64,000 nucleotides of DNA from the human T2T-CHM13v2.0 reference genome, Homo sapiens, in assembly GCF_009914755.1 (NCBI RefSeq), contig NC_060926.1. One strand, 5' to 3'. The notes under the pieces were generated by a model that saw nothing but the letters and a program-made list of their open reading frames with translations, made no database searches and had not been told where the DNA came from. Numbering within the stretch: position 1 is the stretch's first letter; each line of letters opens with the position of its first letter. Shown piece by piece: positions 41,851 to 58,914 of this stretch. A program made the position numbers and the translations under genes.

Positions 41851-44238
41851 CAATTGTCAATAGCCAGTTTATGAACTGTTTGCCAGTCCACAACAAGACT
41901 AAAGAGCTTGGACCACAATGTAAATTAACTGCTTCCTTCATTAACAAAATCAAGAAAAAAAAAGAACAGCTGAACAAAACAGTGTATCCTGTGACATAAA
42001 TGATTGAGGCAGCGCATAACAATACACAACAGAGTGACCAGCAGATATACAGCATTCACTCTTATTTTTGGTGAACAAATGAGACCTTAAAACCTACTGG
42101 ACTTTTTATAAGCTTGGGAAACTGAAAACAAACAAGGAAAAAAAGAACCTACTGGACTTTAATAAACCCAACATGCCTAATTTTACAATTAGAATTTTCT
42201 TTCTTTCTTTTTAAATATAGATGGGGTCTCACTTTGTTGCCTATGCTGGTCTTGAATTCCTGGCCTCTCAAAGTGCTGGAATTATAGGTATGAGCCACCA
42301 TACCTGGCCCTTAAAATTTTCATGGTGGAACTCTTTTGCACTCTTTGATCAAACTCCTTTGTTTCTTCCACTTCTATTAAAAAAAAAAAAAAACTTTACT
42401 GGAGTATGACATATAAAAAGCTGTACATATTTAATGTATACAACCTGAGTTTGGTGACAAGTATATCCCTGTGAAACCATCATCACAATCTACACTATAA
42501 ACATATCCATCACCTCCAAAAGTTTCCTCCTACCCTAATAAATTTTTCTATTTATCTTCATTTAATATAGTTCCTTTATCCTTAGTTAATAAAGAATGCT
42601 AGAGGTCACCCCCTCTCCCCATAAAGTGTTAACTATCTAGAAAGGTCTGCTAATCAAAAACATTTCATTCTTCTCCTCTATCCTGGGAAAAGTATAAAAC
42701 AGATCAAAGAGGCCAACAATATTTGGTACATTTTACATAACACTTTACACAGATGAGAAGAATGTAGGTTCTAAGCCTATAACTGCTTTACTGAATTTCT
42801 CATAGCGGACTTGCAAAAGTTATTCTCTGTGGATTTCTTTTTTCTTGTAAGAAAGCTGATACATTGAAATTTATAAAGCGAAATGTCAAAAGTTCCAGTA
42901 AAAAATTATGATTTCTCAGGTATATTTGTCTCTAAATATAAACAGCAAATAAGCAAGCACCTGAATTCCATCTAATCTCTTCATTCTTGTAAAAATAGTA
43001 ACAGCTGACCCCCTAAGTATGCAGAGAAAGGAAATGTCTGTGTTTGGTGTCAAAAGTTATTGAGCCAACCAAATACAAGAAACCTCTCCCTCCCACAGTT
43101 GCAACCACACAAACACAAACTGGTGCAGTGGAAAAAAAATCACTGGGTTAATCAGGTGTTCCAGATCCTAGTTCTGGTACAACATTTAACTAGCTGTGTA
43201 ACTCTTGGCAAATTTGTTTCCTCATTTATAAAATGAGGAGATGGGGCTGGATGATTACCAAAGAGCTTTCAAGGTGTATCTGTGTTATTAAAATTTCATG
43301 GGGGAGTTATTAAGAAAAAATGTTTAATAAGACTCCTTAGGAAGGTAACAGTGAAAAAAAAGTTGAGAATCACTGGTCTAGAAGTGAGAGTATATAGCAG
43401 TATCTCATCACCTCAACTCGTTCTAAAAACAAATAAAAGCTTAGTTATTTTCACAAGTTTCTATGTAGGGGCAATCAACATTTTATTGAGCACCTCCTCT
43501 CTGTAGTGGACACAGTGATAGATGCCTACGTTGTTTCAAATCCTTTATCTTCACTATTTCACTTAATCCTCACAATTAAGTCAATCATCCTTAATTTACA
43601 GATTAGAAGACTGAGGGTCAGATATTACAAATATTTTGTGCAAGGTCTTAAGGCTAAAAGTGACTGCTCGAATAACTAGAATCCAGGTTTGACTCCAAAG
43701 CTGATTCTTTCTACTTCACTCTTTTGCTTTTCATTACTATGATATTCACCAAAGTATTACAACTGGTAGACCTGTAATTATGTAAAACACTAAACTTCAA
43801 CGAGTTTAGTCATCAAAAAGACACTAGATTATTAGGTAATTTTTTTAAAGATCTATCTTAAGTAAACGGGGAGGCTTCTTTGTACAGAAAAGTAGAGTTC
43901 AGAAGCCGTGATCCCTGGGATCCGAAAAGACAAAAAACCAGAATCAGCTGAAGGAAGTACTGAGGAATTTTGACATTAGTCTTCGCATATTATGGATTTG
44001 CATTCTGGCCGACAAAGATTCTCTAGGCCACCGGTCTCCTCGCTGTTGCAGAATAAACGCTGAGGACCCGCTGCGTCAGCGAGCTGCTCAGCAGAGAAAG
44101 GCGAGACCACCAGGGCTTTAGGCCTAGAGAAGCGGAGGCTGTCCTAGGGATCTCAGAGACACCATCACTTTCACTTCCAGCAGCCTCTGGGAAGGCGGTC
44201 CCTGTGGGCCTAATCCCTCCCCGGGTCTGTTTACTCAC

Positions 44239-44310
44239 TTTTTTGATATTGGATTTGGAGGCAGGATGAAAGTCTTTCTTGCACATGAAGTTGGCGAAGG
44301 ATTTCCCCAT
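44239..44310 (-). CDS. CIR1: CIR1 coding exon 1 ([24 protein letters not shown]), start of the Cir_N domain
   Basis: ATG at 44310; 72 nt = 24 codons; donor AAA|GTGAGT at 44238; peptide recognised as the CIR1 N-terminus. Confidence 0.96.
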
Positions 44311-44399
44311 CTTGGAACTGGAACTAGGGAAAGCAGGGGCTAGATCTGTTAGCAACGTAAACAAACTCAGCCGCCTAACCGGAACTGCGTTTCCAGCAG

Positions 44400-44505
44400 C
44401 AAGGGGGAACTTCCGAGATCAAAGGTGACAGCTTCCGGCAACTGATGCCTCCACTGGCCACTCCTCCCTCCGTCCACCTGTCACTTCGGGTAGCTGGGAG
44501 GCCAG
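44400..44505 (+). other. SCRN3: SCRN3 non-coding exon 1 (5' boundary approximate)
   Basis: Strong donor CAG|GTGAGG at 44506; exon 2 has an acceptor 9 nt before its ATG, so a non-coding first exon is required. Confidence 0.65.
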
Positions 44506-45090
44506 GTGAGGGGCGCGCACGGGGGAGGGGCGTGCATAGTTGAGACAGAAACCCGGAAGACCCAACTGTGGCGCGGCACTGCTTGACCGAGGGGCTCCGG
44601 AGCCCAGCTGCACCGGCTGCGGTTTGAGCGCCCAGGGCCGGGGTGCGGGGTGGACCGCGGCGGCCCTTCGACCAAAGGTGCTTGAAGCTCGAGCCCATTA
44701 CTTTCTGTGGACTCTGACTCGAGCTGCAAAAGCTTTTCTGCACTGTTTTTCTCATCTATGTTATGAAGATAATAATTCCGGCCCTAACCGTAGTATGCTT
44801 GCGAGAATCCAACAATATGATGTTTCTGAAAGCGCCGGCTGAACTAAGAGCGCGTGAAATAGAATGACAGACAGCTCTGCAAGAACGGAGGCCCTGTCTA
44901 TTTTGTACCCAGCTGTACGGTACTGGCGCCGAAAGACGTTCAATAAATACTTATTGAATGACGAATACGCGTTAGGAGTTGGTAAAATCTCTCAAGGCTT
45001 CACCTCCTCAGTGGGCTAGGTGCAATTCTAACCAGGGGGCAAGTTTCCTTAGCTTTCCCTACGACCCCAGTTAGGCAGCTCAGGTTACTA

Positions 45091-45504
<414 letters not shown>

Positions 45505-46946
45505 GAATAAGCCTTTATGAGAAATTTTCTCTCCTACCAAATAATAACAATAACAGCTTTCATGTGAGTATCTACTATGTTCTATGCACTGTGCAAAACA
45601 CTTTACGTGTTGCCTTATTAAGTTCTCATAACAGCCCATCAAATAGTGTCTTATTTTTCTGATGAGGCAGAAGGCATAGGTAAGAGAGAGATTAAATAGT
45701 CTGCCAAAGTTATATAGTGATAGAACTAACTATAAAACACAAATAGAAGGAGATCCAGGACATAAGAGTTGAAATACAGAAAGAAAATAACAGAAGCCAT
45801 CAAGACATCAGACTTCTCGTCACTGAGGAGAAGAGGAAAACCCTTAAGAGTTTCAGTCTGAAGTTTTTATTTAGTCATTTTCTTTTCTTTTTAAGGAAAC
45901 ATTTATTATATTTAAATTTTGTTTTTAAGTTGCTAGCATCTGCCTGTGTAAAGCCATTTTAAGGTTTTGCCATTATTAAAGGAAAGAAGGAAACTCTGTA
46001 AAACAATGTGTCTGTTCTGGCAGCAAAATAAGGACCTTTAGGTGTTCTATTATAAGTGAAGATCTAAGATTTTCCAAGTTACAACTGAAGAGGTAATCTA
46101 GATATTAAAGTATATAATTGCGATTTATAAATTAAATATGTGAACTTTCTCCTAGAAATATCAGCAATTTGGAATTATATTGACATATTTTTGTCTGAAT
46201 CAATGAGTCTGTTTCAAAATTTCAGTCTCATCAGAATTATAATGTGTATTATTTCCCAGCTCAAATAAGACCCCTTCTTCCTTCCTTTGAGGAAGTACTG
46301 GGCACGTAAGATTTTTTTCCATAAGACAAGTTCCAGCAAAGAGAATATAAAGATTAGTAAGACATACTCCCAGCCCTCAAGGATCTCATTGTCCAGTAAA
46401 GGGATTTATATATACACGAATGTAATGGAATCTAGCCTTTACAACAATAGAGCTAGGTACACGGATTCCCAAATATGGAAATGGTGAAACGAAATTCAGG
46501 GAAGACTTTAGGAGAGAAAGGTCTTAGAGAATAAATGTGAACTATACAGTAGAAGAAGGTAGTTCTCATTGCCATTTTCTTACTGAGTTGTAGTACCAGA
46601 TTGAGTCCCAAGTCATATTCTTACTGATTTTTAGGCTGTAGTATACAAAATTTAAAACTTTAATGAACAGCCAAGCACGGTCACTCATGCCTGTAATCCC
46701 AGGGCTTTGGGAGGCAGAAGGGGGAGGATCTCCTGAGCCCAGGAGTTCCAGGCTGCAGTAAGCCTGGGTGAAAGAGCTAGACCTTGTCTCCAAAAAATAA
46801 AAATAAAAAAATCAAAGCTTTAATGAACATCCTTAATTAGATATGGCAATAATATCCTTTGGTCATTGAGTAAAACTCTTTATTTTTATATACTTAAAAG
46901 TGTTCTTTTTATTTTAAAACATCTGTATAATTTTTAGTTAAAAAAA

Positions 46947-47105
46947 ATGGAACCTTTTTCCTGTGACACTTTCGTGGCATTACCTCCAGCAACAGTCGAT
47001 AACAGGATTATTTTTGGAAAAAATTCAGATAGACTCTATGATGAAGTACAAGAGGTGGTTTATTTTCCTGCTGTAGTTCATGATAACCTGGGAGAACGTC
47101 TTAAG
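46947..47105 (+). CDS. SCRN3: SCRN3 (secernin-3) exon 2 coding part ([14 protein letters not shown]...GERLK)
   Basis: Acceptor TTTTTAG ending 46937, ATG 46947, 53 codons, donor AAG|GTAGGT; [10 protein letters not shown] and FGKNSDR secernin/peptidase C69 motifs. Confidence 0.96.
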
Positions 47106-48561
47106 GTAGGTGAAATAAATGTTTTGTTAGCAATATGCCTTTTAAAAATATCATAAAGTTATTTCTATACATAGCAATTTGGAAGAAACTGTAGAAGTTA
47201 AAATTGAGGAGTTTACATTTGAAAAATAAATGAGTCAGAAATAAACTGTGATCTTTTATTTCAGTGATTCGGAGGACGTTGAAATAACAATAATAAAATT
47301 ATCCATTGTTTGAATAAATATTTGAATGCTTTCCATATGCAAGCATGTTAGATAGGGCAAGAGATTTAAAGTCAGCTGTCAAGACTCTGTTCCAGGAGCT
47401 TAGAGTCTAGTATAGGAATAAGATGTGTATGCATTATACCCCATTATAAAATAGGATGGTTTAAATGCTAAATTTAAGTAACAGTAGCATGCTGTGGCAG
47501 CGGAAGAGAATGAACATTTAATTCAGCTTGGAGTTAGCTGGAATTTGATGGACAAAAAGGATTCTGATTCTGAATTGGCTTAGGTTCTACTTGATGTAGA
47601 ATAGGAAAGTCATCCCAGACTTTAGGAATGACAGTTTTATGACACATCAAAAAAGGTTTATTAGGCCCTATGTTAACACTATCAATATACATTTTATGCA
47701 GTCACTTGGTAGTATACACATTAATTAAAGGATCCTTTAAAAACTTATTTTAAAAACCCATTTAATGTGGAACTTAAAATGAGAGCTTCAAATTATGCTA
47801 TTGTTGCTAATTCATACTTTTTAGATTTTATTTTATTGATATTCTAATATTAAAACATATTAAATATTAGACTTTTTTCTGTATCCTATGCCATATTTTT
47901 TTCTTTTGCTAAGACCACTTATTCATCTGTGATACCACTTCCACTTTATTTCTTCATATTTAAATATAGCCTGTCCTGTAAACCAGTGGTTCTCATTCTT
48001 TTCATTGCTGTGGGCATACCTAATGGTTGACTTCAAAATGTGATGTGAGATTCCTATGACAAAACTCTTGTATTCGAAGGCTACCATGTGAGTAATTATA
48101 TCACTAATCAAGAAACACTGGATATTGAGGTTGAGAACTACTTCCTTAAGCTTCAACTCACACATCTACAAAAATGTTTCAAGATATTACAGCTAGAGAC
48201 CATCTTTCTCCTGAGCTCCAATAGCACCTTGTCTTCACTTCATGACCCTAATACTTTATACTTTATTTTATCTTAATGTAGAAGTTTTAGTTTCTCAAAA
48301 GTGAGATCTTTATCTGATTCATCTTTGTAACTAACATATCTCTTGGCAGAATGTTTTATAATAGGAAATGCTCAGCAAATATTTGAATGAATAAATATTT
48401 TAGGGTTATTCTGAATATGTTTTAAGGGTAATGCCTTTATTATTGAAAATTTCAATTTACTTATATTTCCTTTACCTCTTTCATAACAGTTTTGTCTTCT
48501 GACTGATTTTTTTAAATTCTGGATTTTGATAACTTTTCTGGTTTTGTGGTTCTTGCTATGA

Positions 48562-48804
<243 letters not shown>

Positions 48805-48944
48805 TAAATTTATAATTTTTGTGTAACTCTTACTTGTTTTATTTTCCTATTTTTGAGGGGGCTTTGATACTTTGCAGTTTGTGTCAAAATGGTTTAAAGT
48901 ACCGGCATGCAATTTCATGACTCTCAGTTTTGTTTGGTTTTTTA

Positions 48945-49260
48945 AAATTAATTAATTTTTATTTTTTTGAGATGAGATCTCACTGTGTCATGCAGGCTGG
49001 AGTATAATGGTGTGATCATGGCTCACTGTGCCCTTGAATTCCTGAGCTCAAGCAATCATCCCACCTAAGTCACCCAAGTAGCTTGGATCAAAGGCACGTG
49101 CCACCACACCTGGCTAATTTTTAATTAAAAAAAATTTTTTTTTCAGAGACTAGGGTCTTGCTATGTTGCTTATACTTGTCTTGAACTCCTGGCCTCTAGC
49201 CATTCTCCTGCCTCAGCTCCTGAGTAACTGGGATTACCAGCACAGGCACCATGCCCAGCT
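48945..49260 (-). mobile_element. AluJ
   Basis: Diverged dimer. Confidence 0.85.
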
Positions 49261-49591
49261 TTCAGATATTATTATTTGGGAGAAGGGAAGAAGTAGGAAA
49301 TTATAATTCATTGGAAGTACCTAACATACTTTAATCACACCTTAACTAATTCTCACAATAACCTCATGGGCTATCGTGCTCATTTTACAAATGAGATATC
49401 TGAGGTTCAGAGATAAAGTAACTTGACAGTGAATTACCAACTTCGAATTTGATAGGTTTGTTTGACTCCAGAAACTTTATTTCCATGATTCCAAACTGAC
49501 TTCAGAAGGAAAAGTTTTAAAGTTAGATGTCATTTCATCTGTTAACTTGGAAGAAATTTTACTTTGAATCTAAAAAATCTCATGAGCATGA

Positions 49592-49870
<279 letters not shown>

Positions 49871-51069
49871 TGATTTAACTTGTTTTTGCAATTAATAAAA
49901 TACACCCTTACCTATAGATATTGCATTTAATTGCTTCCAAGATTAATAATCTAGTGTAATGAAGGGTTGAACTGCAAGGGAAATTTAAAAATTTGAAAGA
50001 ACAGTGAAAAAGTGCCATAAAGAGCTTTCTTGAAAAAGATAAAAAGGTAGCATTACCTCTGGGAATATGAATTTCATATAACCTGTATATACTTTCTTTG
50101 CTGCAGCTCTTGGCCATTTCATAGTACTTTTTCACTTTAATAATCCCTTACAATTTCTTCCCCTTTAAACTTTGGGCTGCACTCCAAAATCTTATGTGTA
50201 AGTGTGGAGGTGAGGAAATGGGAGTAGGGTTAGAGACAGGTGTTTGTGAGTTGGTGGTTGAAAAAGCTGTGTTGATACAATAGTAAAACACAAAAGTTTG
50301 ATATCTTTGAATAAAACAACATTATTTGATTGTTTTAGAATGCTTTGATTTTTCATTCTCATTTTCTTTGTGATCATATATTCCTCTAATTTTTCAAGTG
50401 AGGAAAGCCAGAGATGTAAAGTGATTTAAGGTGGTAAATGAAAGACCTAGAATTTAAATCTTTTCATCTTGAATCTCATCACTAGAACATAGCCTTATGT
50501 TTAAGCATAATCATGTCCTTCTCGGGTATTTAACTTCTGGACTCCTAGTTTACTAGAGAGATAAGATACACATGTGAAAATGTTAAATGGTGCACGAATG
50601 ATACAGACACATAGATGATTTGAACATTTAGAGAACAGAAAGGTTATTATCGTGAGCTAGAGGAGTTCAGAAAGGCTTCATGAAGGTAGCCTTGAACTTT
50701 GGAGGATTTGGGTGTTATTTTTCAAAACAGGTCATTACCAGTTGTTTTGACGGACATTTTGTTTTATGTTTTGCATATATGTTTATTAATATATAACATT
50801 GTAGTTAGACTTTTTCTTTTTGTGATAATTGGCTTGATAATACCATTGAGCACTTTTATTTTATTAAATGTACTACGTGCAAGAGAGAACTGAATAAATA
50901 CATTTTGTTGAAAAAGTGCCACCTGGCCATCTAAAATGAACACCTTCATTGGGTCTCATTGTCTAGCTGTAGATTAATTTTGCCAATTGTTTTCTCTTTC
51001 TATTACTAACTAAGCCCAAGAACTAAATTGTTAAATGATAGGGAATTATTTATTAGATGGAAAATTATT

Positions 51070-51395
51070 GGCTGGGCATGGTGGCTCATGCCTATAATCC
51101 CAGCACTTTGAGAGGCTGAGGCAGGAGGATCACTTCAGCCCAGGAGTGTGAGACCAGCTTGGGCAACACAGTGAGACCTCAATTCTACAAAAAATACGAA
51201 AATTAGCTGAGTGTGGTGGTGTGTACCTATAGTTCCAGCTACTCAAGAGGCTGAGGTGGGGAGGATAGCTTGAACCCAGGAGGTCGAGGCTGCAGTGAGC
51301 TATTATTATGCCACTGTACTCTAGCCTGGGCGAGAGAGTGAGACCCTGTTGAAAGAAAAGAAAAGAGGGAAGGAGAAGGGGAAAGAAAGAAAAGA
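51070..51395 (+). mobile_element. AluJ
   Basis: Dimer with purine tail. Confidence 0.88.
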
Positions 51396-51689
51396 AAATT
51401 CTTCCATCTGATTCTTTCATGACTTGGATCTGGTTTTTGTAATGAGGGTATCCCAAGTATGACCTCATTAGAGTAATTTCATTGATTTTTACTTGACAGA
51501 CTGTCATTTCAGCTGTTTTTAAAACATTATCGATTTTTGTTTATCGTGATCTGTTTCATTTAGTATAATCTCTAAGACAGGCTTTTATTTTTTCTATTTT
51601 GTATTTTAGTTGAAAACTTTGTTTATAGCTTCATGCCATAATATTTTTGGAAGTCATATATTTTGGTTCTAGACTTATTTATAATTTAA

Positions 51690-52600
51690 AAAAATTTATA
51701 GAAAGGACTACTATCTGGAATATATAAAGAGCAGTCAAAACTCAGTAGTAAAAAAAAAAAAATCCAGTTAGAAAATAGGCAAAAGATATGAAGAGTCATT
51801 TCACCCAAAGGGATATACAGATTTGAAATAAGCATGAAATGATGTTCAACATTATTAGCCATTAGGGAAATGCAAAACCCCAAAGAGATTTTACTACACC
51901 TCTATCACAGTGACTGAAATAAAGGTAAGAATGTACAGCTAGCCACTCTAGAAAATAGTTTGTCAGTTAAAAAAAAAAAACTAAACATGCAACTACCATA
52001 CAACTTAGCAACTGTACTCCTGTGCATTTATCCCAGAGAAATAAAAACTTACATACATTTACACAAGAACCTGTACGCAAGTATAGCAGCTTTTTCCATG
52101 ATGACCAAAAACTAGGAACAATTCAGATATCCTTTACCTTGTGAATAAGTAAGCAAGTTATCATACATTCATACCATGGAATATTACTCACCAATAAAAA
52201 TAATAAACTATTGATATATACAATAACATAGATGAATCTTTAGCGAATTGTGCTCAGTAAAACCAAAAGCTTACATATTATTCCATTTATATAACATTCT
52301 TGAAATTACAGTTATAGAAATGGAGAACAGAATAGCTGTTACCTGAGGTTAATGAAGGATTTGGGGTGGGAGATAAGTAGGTGTGGCTATAAAAGGGCAA
52401 CATGAGGGATCCTTGTGGTGATGGAAGTATTCTTTATCTTGACTATAGCAATACCAATATTCTGGTTGTGATATTATACTACAGTTTGGCAAGATGTTAC
52501 CATTGGGGGAAACTGGGTAAAGGGTACACAGTATCTCTCAGTATTATTTTTTTATAACTGCATGTGAATCTATAATTATCTTAAAATCAGTTTAATTTTA
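51690..52600 (+). mobile_element. L1MC/ME-like 3' fragment
   Basis: Decayed L1 ORF2 end and 3'UTR motifs; boundaries approximate. Confidence 0.65.
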
Positions 52601-52766
52601 AAAGTAATTCATTTATCTTTTTGAATATGTAATAGATGCCCATGGCACAAAATTTAGAAGTCTATATTTATGTTTACATAGTGATTAGGAATCATGATAT
52701 ACAGATACATGCTTTATGTTAAATATGACTTTTCTTCTCCTTTCTCCTCTTCTTCTTTGAAAATAG

Positions 52767-52979
52767 AGGGAGTTCGTAATATTTCTAATCAACTTTCCAT
52801 AACAACCAAGATTGCCCGGGAACACCCAGACATGAGAAACTATGCTAAGCGGAAAGGTTGGTGGGATGGTAAAAAGGAGTTTGATTTTGCTGCAGCATAT
52901 TCCTATCTTGACACAGCCAAGATGATGACTTCATCAGGCAGATACTGTGAGGGCTACAAGCTTCTAAATAAGCACAAAG
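52767..52979 (+). CDS. SCRN3: SCRN3 exon 5 ([11 protein letters not shown]...LLNKHK-G)
   Basis: Pyrimidine tract plus AATAG acceptor, 213 nt, donor AAG|GTAATT, phase 1 to 1. Confidence 0.95.
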
Positions 52980-53337
52980 GTAATTTTATCATATAAATAA
53001 TATTAGGATGACAAACTACATTTTGTGTAGATGTAATATGGGAATGATAACATCTGTTTTGGGGAATTATAATTAGTAAAAATATTGTTCTATTAAAATG
53101 AAAAATATTTATTATAAACCTATTTTTTTTTTATTATACTTTAAGTTTTAGGGTACATGTGCACATTGTGCAGGTTAGTTACATATGTATACATGTGCCA
53201 TGCTGGTGCACTGCACCCACTAACTCGTCATCTAGCATTAGGTATATCTCCCAATGCTATCCCTCCCCCCTCCCCCCACCCCACCACAGTCCCCAGAGTG
53301 TGATATTCCCCTTCCTGTGTCCATGTGATCTCATTGT

Positions 53338-57163
<3,826 letters not shown>

Positions 57164-57226
57164 TATGATGATAGCTGGTGATTTTGCTCGTTAGTTGATG
57201 CAGTTTCTTCCTAGTCTCGGTGGTCT

Positions 57227-58243
57227 TTACATTTTGGCATGATTTTGCAGCGGCTGGTACCGGTTGTTCCTTTCCATGTTTAGCGCTTCCTTCAGGAGCT
57301 CTTTTAGGGCAGGCCTGGTGGTGACAAAATCGGTCAGCATTTGCTTGTCTGTAAAGTATTTTATTTCTCCTTCACTTATGAAGCTTAGTTTGGCTGGATA
57401 TGAAATTCTGGGTTGAAAATTCTTTTGTTTAAGAATGTTGAATATTGGCCCCCACTCTCTTCTGGCTTGTAGGGTTTCTGCTGAGAGATCTGCTGTTAGT
57501 CTGATGGGCTTCCCTTTGAGGGTAACCCGACCTTTCTCTCTGGCTGCCCTTAACATTTTTTCCTTCATTTCAACTTTGGTGAATCTGACAATTATGTGTC
57601 TTGGAGTTGCTCTTCTCGAGGAGTATCTTTGTGGCGTTCTCTGTATTTCCTGAATCTGAACGTTGGCCTGCCTTGCTAGATTGGGGAAGTTCTCCTGGAT
57701 AATATCCTGCAGAGTGTTTTCCAACTTGGTTCCATTCTCCCCATCACTTTCAGGTACACCAATCAGATGTAGATTTGGTCTTTTCACATAGTCCCATATT
57801 TCTTGGAGGCTTTGCTCATTTCTTTTTATTCTTTTTTCTCTAAACTTCCCTTCTCGCTTCATTTCATTCATTTCATCTTCCATTGCTGATACCCTTTCTT
57901 CCAGTTGATCGCGTCGGCTCCTGAGGCTTCTGCATTCTTCACGTAGTTCTCGAGCCTTGGTTTTCAGCTCCATCAGCTCCTTTAAGCACTTCTCTGTATT
58001 GGTTATTCTAGTTATACATTCTTCTAAATTTTTTTCAAAGTTTTTAACTTCTTTGCCTTTGGTTTGAATGTCCTCCCGTAGCTCAGAGTAATTTGATCGT
58101 CTGAAGCCTTCTTCTCTCAGCTCGTCAAAGTCATTCTCCATCCAGCTTTGTTCTGTTGCTGGTGAGGAACTGCGTTCCTTTGGAGGAGGAGAGACGCTCT
58201 GCGTTTTAGAGTTTCCAGTTTTTCTGTTCTGTTTTTTCCCCAT
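57227..58243 (-). CDS. L1 ORF1p, intact 338 aa
   Basis: MGKKQNRKTGNSK...NHAKM, full length, with REKG, ARR and YPAKLS motifs retained. Confidence 0.93.
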   Translation of the reverse strand: MGKKQNRKTGNSKTQSVSPPPKERSSSPATEQSWMENDFDELREEGFRRSNYSELREDIQTKGKEVKNFEKNLEECITRITNTEKCLKELMELKTKARELREECRSLRSRRDQLEERVSAMEDEMNEMKREGKFREKRIKRNEQSLQEIWDYVKRPNLHLIGVPESDGENGTKLENTLQDIIQENFPNLARQANVQIQEIQRTPQRYSSRRATPRHIIVRFTKVEMKEKMLRAAREKGRVTLKGKPIRLTADLSAETLQARREWGPIFNILKQKNFQPRISYPAKLSFISEGEIKYFTDKQMLTDFVTTRPALKELLKEALNMERNNRYQPLQNHAKM

Positions 58244-58539
58244 CTTTGTGGTTTTATCTACTTTTGGTCTTTGATGATGGTGATGTACAGATGGGTTTTC
58301 GGTGTGGATGTCCTTTCTGTTTGTTAGTTTTCCTTCTAACAGACAGGACCCTCAGCTGCAGGTCTGTTGGAATACCCTGCCGTGTGAGGTGTCAGTGTGC
58401 CCCTGCTGGGAGGTGCCTCCCAGTTAGGCTGCTCGGGGGTCAGGGGTCAGGGACCCACTTGAGCAGGCAGTCTGCCGGTTCTCAGATCTCCAGCTGCGTG
58501 CTGGGAGAACCACTGCTCTCTTCAAAGCTGTCAGACAGG

Positions 58540-58750
58540 GACATTTAAGTCTGTAGAGGTTACTGCTGTCTTTTTGTTTGTCTGTGCCCTGCCCCCAGAG
58601 GTGGAGCCTACAGAGGCAGGCAGGCCTCCTTGAGCTGTGGTGGGCTCCACCCAGTTCGAGCTTCCCGGCTGCTTTGTTTACCTAAGCAAGCCTGGGCAAT
58701 GGCGGGTGCCCCTCCCCCAGCCTCGCTGCCGCCTTGCAGTTTGATCTCAG
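58540..58750 (+). promoter_or_regulatory. L1 antisense promoter region (about nt 400-600 of the 5'UTR), co-oriented with SCRN3
   Basis: Positional inference from known L1 5'UTR architecture; activity at this copy is not shown. Confidence 0.6.
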
Positions 58751-58914
58751 ACCGCTGTGCTAGCAATCAGCGAGATTCCGTGGGCGTAGGACCCTCCGAG
58801 CCAGGTGTGGGATATAGTCTCGTGGTGCGCCGTTTTTTAAGCCGGTCTGAAAAGCGCAATATTCGGGTGGGAGTGACCCGATTTTCCAGGTGCGTCCGTC
58901 ACCCCTTTCTTTGA
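58699..58914 (+). CDS. L1 ORF0, intact 71 aa (MAGAPPPASL...RCVRHPFL)
   Basis: ATG at 58699 in GCAATGG context, 72 codons including stop, antisense in the L1 5'UTR; donor-like sites after nt 106 and 191. Confidence 0.85.
   Translation: MAGAPPPASLPPCSLISDRCASNQRDSVGVGPSEPGVGYSLVVRRFLSRSEKRNIRVGVTRFSRCVRHPFL

Larger units (their letters stand above)
44020..44700. promoter_or_regulatory. Bidirectional CpG-rich promoter shared by CIR1 and SCRN3
   Basis: Local GC/CpG enrichment; ETS-type CCGGAA/TTCCG cores at 44379, 44409-44415, 44431-44438 and 44553; the CIR1 ATG and the SCRN3 first donor are about 195 bp apart. Confidence 0.88.

Noticed and set aside
44375-44943. ORFs across the CpG-rich promoter
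   Set aside because: Expected stop-codon depletion in GC-rich sequence; no recognisable protein.
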